DNA of 64,000 bases from Eledone cirrhosa. Taxonomy: Eukaryota. Every line of letters begins with the position of its first letter. Positions within the stretch are counted from its first letter, which is position 1. Positions 55,776 through 64,000 of this stretch are shown here, in pieces. Made by a program: the position numbers and the translations under genes. Location: contig OZ024741.1 of the NCBI GenBank assembly GCA_964016885.1, positions 110,050,001 through 110,114,000 of the forward strand, read 5' to 3'. Under the pieces are notes generated by a model that had not been told where the DNA came from, searched no databases, and was given only the letters and a program-made list of their open reading frames with translations.

Positions 55776-56219
55776 CTTACTAAAATAAGTATTAAAATCT
55801 ATATAATATAGTATGAATTCCAGCTATATATACTGTGATTATTGTCATATTTTATTGGAAGTCTCTCGTCGGGAAAATGTGATGCACATATTAGTTGTTT
55901 TCTCAATTGGTTTTGTTACACATATTCCTATTTTTATCTGTAATATAAAATGTTTTTTTCTGGTTACCTTCAATCAGATATGTCTAATGTGACACCAATT
56001 AACTATTATTTCATAGGACTTCGGAAATATTGTTTGCTTACGGGATTACATATATACACTACAATTTATTGATTTATATGTTTGACAATATTAATTTAAA
56101 TTCTAATCTAAGTATCACAATTAATGTTCGTTTAAATGTAATGAATATATGCCTCATGCCATGTAAAATGTTATTCATAGTCCATTGGAGATTATGTAGA
56201 TTAACGTGGGTGTATGTAA

Positions 56220-57470
56220 ATACAGTACACTACAATACAATACAGTTCAGTAGAGTATAGTAAAAGATAGTACAGTATTATACGCGACAATACAGTACAG
56301 TACAATACAATACAGTACAATACAATAGAATACGGTACAATAGAGTACATACAATATAATGCAGTATAGCACAGTAGAGTACAGTATAGTTTAGTATAGT
56401 ATAGTTCAGTACAGTACAATACAATACAGTACAATTCACTACAACGCAGTACAGTACAGTACAGTGCAATACAGTACAGCATAGTACAGTACAATACAAT
56501 ACAGTATAGTACATTGCAGTACACTACAATAAGTAAAGTACAATACAGTACAATACAGTACAGTACAGTACAATACAATAAAAACAGTACAGTACAATTC
56601 AATGCAGTGCAATACAGAATATAGTACAGTGCAGTACAATACGGCACAGAACAATATAATACAATATAGTACAATACAACGAAGTACGATACAGTACAAT
56701 ACAAAACAGTATAAAGCAGTGCATTACAGCACAATAAAGTACGCTAAAACATAATACGATACAGTACAGTACATGCATTACAGCACAATAAAGTACACTA
56801 CAGAATAATACAGTACAATAAAGTATATTACATTACAGTTAAATACAGTACAATGCAGTACAGTAAAGTACAATGCAGTACAGTAAAGCGCAATGCAGTA
56901 CAGTAAAGTACAATGCAGTACAATAAAGTGCAAGGCAGTACAGTAAAGTATAATGCAATACAGTAAAGTACAATGCAGTACAGTAAAGTACAATGCAGTA
57001 CAGTAAAGTACAATGCAGTACAGTAAAGTACAATGCAGTACAGTAAAGTACAATGCAATACAGTAAAGTATAATGCAATACAGTAAAGTACAATGCAGTA
57101 CAGTAAAGTACAATGCAGTACAGTAAAGTATAATGCAGTACAGTAAAGTATAATGCAGTACAGTAAGGTACAATGCAGTACAGTAAGGTACAATGCAGTA
57201 CAGTAAAGTACAATGCAGTACAGTAAAGTACAATGCAGTACAGTAAAGTACAATGCAGTACAATAAAGTGCAAGGCAGTACAGTAAAGTATAATGCAATA
57301 CAGTAAAGTACAATGCAGTACAGTAAAGTACAATGCAGTACAGTAAAGTACAATGCAGTACAGTAAAGTACAATGCAGTACAGTAAGGTACAATCTAGTA
57401 CAGTTCAGTACAATGTAGTGCAGTAAAGTACAATGCAGTAGAGTGAAGTACAATGCAGTACAATACAGCA
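56220..57470 (+). repeat. CAGTA/CAATA pentamer array grading into a 20-mer (caatgcagtacagtaaagta) array
   Basis: direct. Confidence 0.95.
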
Positions 57471-57740
57471 GTTTAAAATGATATAAACAACGCAATTAAT
57501 TTATACATATTTAGAATATATTAATTCATGATCAATATTTCTGTTTCAAGTTTATTTTTGTGTTTATTAACTTTGATTCGTTGATTAATGCTGTTACATA
57601 CGAATGAGATCATCATACTGTAATTTATTTCTTATCTAATATATACATATAGCCTTTGATATATGTAAAGTGCAAGTTAGTTTCTTAACTTACACTCCCA
57701 CACACACATACACTCACATACACACACATATACACACACT

Positions 57741-57821
<81 letters not shown>

Positions 57822-58111
57822 CTGTTTGTATGTGTGTGTGTGTATAAAAACCTTAAAGTTCAAGTTTGTTAAATAATATTAAAATAAACACTACACTACC
57901 TGATGGTAACTGAGGTGCCGGAGGGCACCCCCCCCCCCTACATAACCAATAGTTATATTTTCTCCCCAAACATCTATTTATATATGCGCTACAATTTATG
58001 TACATGTTATTTAGAGACAGATAGGAGAGATAGATATAGATATAGAGAGGGGCACAGTTTCGTGGTAATTGATATAGAGAGGAAGGTTGGGAGATTGTGT
58101 TGTATATTAGA

Positions 58112-58670
58112 TACTAGCAGTGGTACCCGGCGTTGCATGGGATAAGGTATTGTGAAATATATAACCGCCTTAGCTAAGCTTAGTATTGCTACAACCACGG
58201 CTGGCAAAGAAGTAAGAGTCTGGTGGTACGTAAGTAAGCAGCACTGGCTTAAAACGTGAGGAAGAAGTTGTGTGCGCTTACCAACTGTTTGGGGAATGAG
58301 TGTGAGATTTGTCTTGAGGAAGGGTGGCAAAATAACCGGAGGCATCAGACAGCCAGACATACAAACAGATATTATAAGGGCGCGTTCTAGACGCAGAGCG
58401 AATTGTAGGAAGTGACGTAATGCAGACAGCCAGACATACAGACAGATATTATAAGGGCGCGACGTTATATGTATGTATCTATCTAAAAAGAGAAAGACTA
58501 AGAATTATAGAGAGAGATCGCTAAATCGCCTGATGCGGTCCCTAGGGCATTGAACATTTGAAATTTGTTTTGCTCAGAACACTCCCTGAAACATAAGTAT
58601 TATATGTGTAAAGTTTGAAAACAGTCGGTTGAGTGTTTCTCTAGTTTTGGGGATTCAAACTCACACACAG
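58112..58670 (+). mobile_element. probable non-autonomous Helitron/Helentron-like element(s)
   Basis: starts ACTAG..ACCCGGCGTTGCATGGG; cagacagccagacatac repeats; tgtgtaaagtttgaaaacagtcggttgagt motif. Confidence 0.4.
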
Positions 58671-59387
58671 AGTTCTATCAAGGTTGACCACTCCGTTCAC
58701 CAACTTGTGATCAGAATAGTCAACCATGAACATTCGTGGACAGCTTAATATGTCCCTATCCTTATTTCTAACTAGGAACCTATCTAGGTACGACCTAGAT
58801 GTTCCGCTGCGATTACTCCACGTCCACCGTGGCACAGTCGGAAAATCTAGTCGATATCTATCGGCCAGATCAAATCGGCCGATTAATCGTTTGAGGCTGT
58901 TACACCCCCCTCTATCGGGACATGCCCCTACATAGTCCCAACGTGCATCCAGGATACCATTCCAGTCCCCCACTAAAAGCAAGGAGCGAGACGTTCCCAG
59001 GAAATTCTCCAGGCGTCGGAAGAAGTCCGGTCGCGGTGTCCCAGATGGGGCATACGCTGCCACCAGCCTGAAAGCTCCACCTTCACCACTGCCGACGTCT
59101 AAAACCACCAGTCGACCCTCCGGGTCCAGGTGTACCTTCTGTGTGGCAAGACCCAGGTATTTTCGCAGCAGAACAACAACCTCACCCCCACCCCTCGGCT
59201 GACAGAGAGATGCGTAGATCTCAAAGTCGTCGAAGATGGGGGCCAGTTGGCGCTCGCTGCTGATCCTGGACTCGCAAATAACCATTACATCCACTCTGTG
59301 CGACCTGAGGTCATTTAAGAGTTTGCCCTGTTTCCAGGACATCCCCAAACCGCATGCATTCACACATCCAACTCTTATATTGGCCAT
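58641..59387 (-). CDS. L1-Tx1 ORF2 N-terminal AP endonuclease, truncated (no RT)
   Basis: GCVNACGL, ICESR, DPEGRLVVLD, AAYAP, VGDWNGILD, WTWSN, SYLDRFLV, YSDHKLV. Confidence 0.88.
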   Translation of the reverse strand: MANIRVGCVNACGLGMSWKQGKLLNDLRSHRVDVMVICESRISSERQLAPIFDDFEIYASLCQPRGGGEVVVLLRKYLGLATQKVHLDPEGRLVVLDVGSGEGGAFRLVAAYAPSGTPRPDFFRRLENFLGTSRSLLLVGDWNGILDARWDYVGACPDRGGCNSLKRLIGRFDLADRYRLDFPTVPRWTWSNRSGTSRSYLDRFLVRNKDRDILSCPRMFMVDYSDHKLVNGVVNLDRTLCVSLNPQN

Positions 59388-61395
59388 GTTGGTGCTGAAG
59401 AGTTAAAAAGGAAGAGGAAAGGAAATTACTTACCTCTTCGTCTCCTGGGGACCAGGCTTCACAATTTCCATGGGGGTGTTGGAAGGGTTGTTTGGTGGGG
59501 TGGTGGTTTGTGGTGGGATGAGGACATCAGCGTGTGGTGGGATTAGGGTGTTTGGTGGGGTGTGGGTGTCTGGTGTGGGGGTGGGGAAACATCTCAATAG
59601 GACGCTGTTATGTAGTTTGGTGCAGTTGGTCCCCACATGCATTGGATGGTTCTTTTTCAAAGTTTCATAGGTTTCCGTTGGGACCCTAATCATCATTAGG
59701 TGCCGTTTGTTCGCTGCGTAGGTGAAAGTGATCCCTTCGATTTCCACCGAAGGGTTATTTTCTATCGCTTTCATCAACGTTTTATTGTTCTTGTTAATGT
59801 ATGTATAGAGTTTTGTTGTGTTTGTTTTTGTTTGTTGTTCTTGTGCGTGTTTCCGTTTTGTAGTACGTATTATGTTTTAGGGAGGGGTGGTTTTTTTTAT
59901 TTGTAATGTTTGTTCTGTTTGTGCTGGTGGTTGTGTGTTTGTGGCATTTTTGTTAATGTGGTGCCTTTTTTTTTTCCTTTTCACCTGTTGAAAGGGTTCT
60001 CCCTCGTCGTGACTGGGTGACGTTGATACGGAGTCCTCTTCCGTGTTGTTGGGGGGGGGTATATTTTGGGGTTTTGTTGTGGTTGCTTTTGTATTTGTTT
60101 TAGGTGGGGAGGGGTTGGGTGGAACAGTGTTTTGTGTTGTTATTTTTCCGTGTTGTTGTGGTTGTTGTTGTTGTTGTGGTGGTGGTGGTGGTGGCGGTGG
60201 TGGTGGTGGTGGTTGTGTTGTTGTGTTCGGGGTTGGCAGAAGAACCTTTTTTTTTTACTCGTTAATTGAGGACAGGCAGCCCTCAGGTGACCCCTGCTTA
60301 AGCAGTGGTAACATGACGGCCGCCTTCCCTCCACTGAAATGTTTATATAAGTTAGCCCGTCGAGAGCCACGCGTTGTGGGATATTCGCTATTCGTTCTGG
60401 GCTCATTTGCACCAGAACTTCTACGGTGGTCCCACCAAATACACCTCCGGAGGACTTTCCTATTGAAATTATCTTGTCTTCGTCAAAGTTAATGATTCCA
60501 CATAGTATCCACCAAATATTTACATTTGGTGTGATACTCATTATTTTTATTCTTTGTGTCCTTTTTCCCCTGTATGTGGGGAAAAAGGTGAAGCGGGGGG
60601 ACACAATGGGTGATACCGAGTACTTTTGAGCTGTTGACTGGTTGTTCATTAGCACCGAAATGCTACCAAACAGTTTATCTTTTTGTATGAAGGTTAAGTC
60701 CTTCATTGCATCTTTTAGAACCAGCTTAATTTCATTTTGTGATAATTGAGCTGGTTTTCTTGTAATTCCTGTGGAGAATTGATGCTAAAAGCACCGTTTT
60801 CGCTAAAAGTCACGAATTGTTTTGCGTCTTGTAGTAGTTGTTTAGCATTTGTTATGTCAATTGGCGTGTATAGTTCGTTTTTTTTTTACAGTCTGTGCGA
60901 ATGTTGTTTTGGTGTTGTTGTCTTTTTTGTTGCTCTTGTTGTTGTCACTGTTGGTAATATTGTTCATGTTTTCCTTGGTGTTTCTATTGTTGCAGTTGTT
61001 GGTTGTGGTGTTATTGTCATTGTTCTTGTTGTTGGTGCAGGTATTATTTACCGGGTTTGGTTTCGTGGTTTCAATATTTTCAACGTTTTTCGATAATGCG
61101 AGGGGGGAAGGCTGCAAGCTTTGTACTCCTACCTTCCCTCCACCACTTTTCTTAGTGAACGTGGCACTCACAACAGTGTGCGAGGTTGAAATGGCATCCA
61201 TTGCTGAATACCAAGTCTACAGTTTTGAGATGAAAATGAAAATTTCGCCCCAGAAAGGGGCGAAAATTAGTTGACTCAACGTCTGAAGGCCCAGGCAAGG
61301 GGTTAAACTAAACAATGCTATTAAATTGAGCAATGAACTCACAGTTTTTTTGACAATAATCCGTAAAAATCCGGAGCGAAGTAATTCACGTCTAT
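58670..61395 (-). mobile_element. 5' half of an L1-Tx1-like LINE
   Basis: 5' UTR, frameshifted ORF1 and APE domain in canonical order. Confidence 0.82.
59430..61201 (-). pseudogene. LINE ORF1 (gag-like, CCHC knuckle), frameshifted
   Basis: TFAQTVKK; VEGRRPSCYHCLSRGHLRAACP; pieces 60857-61201, 60140-60706 and 59430-59777. Confidence 0.75.
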
Positions 61396-61399
61396 ATCA

Positions 61400-61932
61400 A
61401 GTGGTAATTGATATAGAGAGAGGGAGAGATTGATGCTTATTGATATAGAGAGGGGGACTGGAAGAGAGTTCCGTGCAGCAGATATAGAGACTGGGAGAGT
61501 TTGGAGCTAATTGATATAGAGAGGGGGTTTGGGAGAATGTGTTGTATATTAGATATAGTAGGGAGGGGGATTATTTGATGTTAATTGATATATAGAGAGG
61601 GATCGGAAGAGAGTTACGTGTAGTAGATATATAGAGGGAGAGAGTTTGGTGGTTATTGATATACAGATATGGATAATAGGAGAGTGCTGTGTAATAGGTA
61701 TAGAGAGTGGGAGAGTTTAGCGGTGATTGATATACAGAGGAGGGTTGTGAGAGATAAGTGTAGATATTTATAGAGAGTGAGAGAGTGTATTAGTCTTAGA
61801 TATAGAGAGTGGGATAAGAGAGGTGGTGTCGTGGTAGATATAGAGAGGGTAGAGTTTGGTTTTAGTAGATACAGAGAGGGGGGTTAAAAGAGAGTTTTGT
61901 GTGATAGACATAAAGAGGATGAAAGTTTGGTG
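61400..61932 (+). repeat. diverged ~30 bp gatatagagag minisatellite, also at 58010-58111
   Basis: recurrent ..gatatagagag.gggagag.tt.. Confidence 0.8.
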
Positions 61933-61933
61933 G

Positions 61934-62249
61934 TACTCTCGGGTTCCAAATAATAGGAGGGGGAAATAATGGGGGCGGGGCTTGGGAAATCAGTAATTGT
62001 GTAGTGTACGTTCGTAAATATGGGATTTCAGGAAATGTTCTTCTTTTGTCATATATGTTTTTTATTAATATAAAATAAAATTATTATTAGATTCTCCAGC
62101 TGCCGTATCAATATGAATCACTTACAATAAAATTTCGCCGGAGATAGATTAGAAAATCTAATAATCGGGTGGGGTGGAATAAAAACCGGGGTGGGGGATC
62201 TGACAAGTTAATAAGTTGGGGTGGGGACGATTATTCAAAACCTGAATTA
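61934..62249. mobile_element. possible old MITE
   Basis: degenerate TIR tactctcgggttccaaataa / ttattcaaaacctgaatta; internal aataa..gggg repeats. Confidence 0.3.
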
Positions 62250-62423
62250 TTGATGGACGTAAGAATGAAAACTCAATACCGAAGTAGAGTTTAAACATTA
62301 TGTTAATATGGCTAAGCCTTGGTACTCTGGAGTCTCACCTGCATATTCAACAGACAAGACTAATGATCCTGTGAGTGCGCAGGTGAAACTTTAGAGTAAC
62401 AAGCTCACCAATTGCCATAATAA

Positions 62424-62487
<64 letters not shown>

Positions 62488-62488
62488 A

Positions 62489-62598
<110 letters not shown>

Positions 62599-62740
62599 AT
62601 GAGTTATTTAATTTGTTGATTATTCAACAAATTTAGTTTATAACAGATTAGAAGCACTCAACAGTATTCTTCTGGAGTATAATATCAATAATATTAATAA
62701 ATGGAAGCTATCATTATAAAACCATATTTGTTTTATTATA

Positions 62741-62920
62741 TTGGCAGTATCGGTAGAGGGTTGGACGCCATGCTTTCTAGCATAGTTACGTCCCTTTACA
62801 GTCTGAGTTCAAATCCCGCCGAGGTTAACTTTGCCCTTCATCCTTACGGGGTCGATAAAATAAAGTACCAGTAATGTACTGGGTAATTGCTGGCCTTGTG
62901 CCAAAAGTAGAAACAATTAT
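62741..62920 (+). mobile_element. SINE S1 inserted in HHR stem III
   Basis: full-length SINE between ttttattata and atatatttctagg. Confidence 0.88.
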
Positions 62921-63090
62921 ATATATTTCTAGGGTTCCAAAATTTTGGTGGGCTCTCATCAGTTAAAATACAAAAGCTGGTTTACAAATAGTGACATATT
63001 CAGACAATAACTTAATGTTGTGAGTTCTATTCAAATAAAACTCACAACATTAAGTTATTGTCTGAATATGTCACTATTTGTAAACCAGCT

Positions 63091-63157
63091 TTTGTATTTT
63101 AACTGATGAGAGCCTACCAAAATGTTGGTACCCTAGAAATATATATAATAAAACAAA
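63091..63157 (+). ncRNA. hammerhead, family A-related
   Basis: tttgtattttaa-CTGATGA-gagccTACCAA..TTGGTAcccta-GAAA-TATATA-TA-ataaaacaaa. Confidence 0.7.
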
Positions 63158-63299
63158 TATGGTTTTATAATGATAGGTTCCATTTATTAATATTATTGAT
63201 ATATATATATATACGGCGATGAATTTTTTTTGCAAGGTGTTTGATATGAAATTGTGTGTTATATTTGGGAAGTGTGATATTGTTATAATATTGCCAGAA

Positions 63300-63437
63300 A
63301 TAATGTTTCTACTTTTGGCACAAGGCCAGCAATTACCGCAGTGCATTACTGGTGTTTTATTTTATCGACCCCGTAAGGATGAAAGGCTACGTTAACCTCG
63401 GCGGATTTGAACTCAGAACGTAAAGGCCCATAACTAT
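63300..63437 (-). mobile_element. SINE S1, partial
   Basis: match to the S1 3' two-thirds. Confidence 0.8.
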
Positions 63438-63567
63438 ATTGTTTGGTTTTCACTTCTGTATATTTTATATTCCTATAGTTAATTTAGCTGGCAATCAATG
63501 TTTATTATTGATTGAGCAACGGTTAAAAATATATATATAAATATATATATAATATATATATATAGTC

Positions 63568-63611
63568 TATCAAAGTTCTTTTATCACACCCATGTGACAT
63601 CATCAGTGGTA
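63568..63611 (-). ncRNA. degenerate hammerhead related to the PLE3 family
   Basis: rc tacca-CTGATGA-tGTCACA-tggg-TGTGAT-AAAA-GAAC-TT-tgata (GAAA replaced by AAAA). Confidence 0.55.
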
Positions 63612-63749
63612 CTATTAACGGGAGGAAACGTAATATGGAAAAAGATGAATAAACATAAAATGGAAAAAGAGTACTGACGTACATATACGTCAATACTTAT
63701 CTTTTTCCATTTATTAGTGGATTCTAAACCCCACTATCAGGCTAGGCCA

Positions 63750-63890
63750 TGCATTATGTCCATGAGCAAGACACTTTAGTTCACGTTGCTCCTTCTACCT
63801 GGAGTTGCGACTGATAGATAGTATTAGCAATTGGAAAGGCCAACGGAAACATTATTTCCTCGGTCCGATTTGACAAAAGTGGATCGACAC
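63750..63890 (+). mobile_element. SINE S2 body
   Basis: close match to 6165-6298. Confidence 0.7.
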
Positions 63891-64000
63891 ATTTTTTATA
63901 TATATATTTCTTCTCAAAAGATCCTTCTTGGCAAACGATTTAATATTGACCGAAATGCTAATGGTGTTACTAAACGAAAGCGACAAAAATAACTGAAGAA

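Larger units (their letters stand above)
62600..63205. mobile_element. head-to-head fold-back of family A-related pLTRs, left arm interrupted by a SINE
   Basis: centre ~63031; mirrored cagacaataacttaatgttgtgagtt; HHR in both arms. Confidence 0.85.

Overview
AT-rich, microsatellite-dense eukaryotic DNA. The tRNA-derived SINEs and (TA)n/(TATG)n/(CA)n density suggest an octopod cephalopod (inference). I found no convincing host protein-coding exon, and most listed ORFs are translations of microsatellites. All real coding sequence is retroelement-derived: three Penelope-like elements (PLEs; one with an uninterrupted RT+GIY-YIG ORF of Naiad type), RTE, CRE-like and R4/Dong-like fragments, and the 5' half of an L1-Tx1 element. 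The main signal, found by manual reading, is about 27 type I hammerhead-ribozyme (HHR) motifs, intact to degenerate, from at least a dozen unrelated sequence families. Most sit in (TA)n tracts. They include a family with the compensatory U3-A8 core, family-specific palindromic stems III and a ~396-nt terminally redundant retrozyme-like unit. Many of these termini form fold-back palindromes, several hinged at or next to HHR stem II. Coordinates were counted by eye and may be off by a few bases. No ribozyme activity has been tested.
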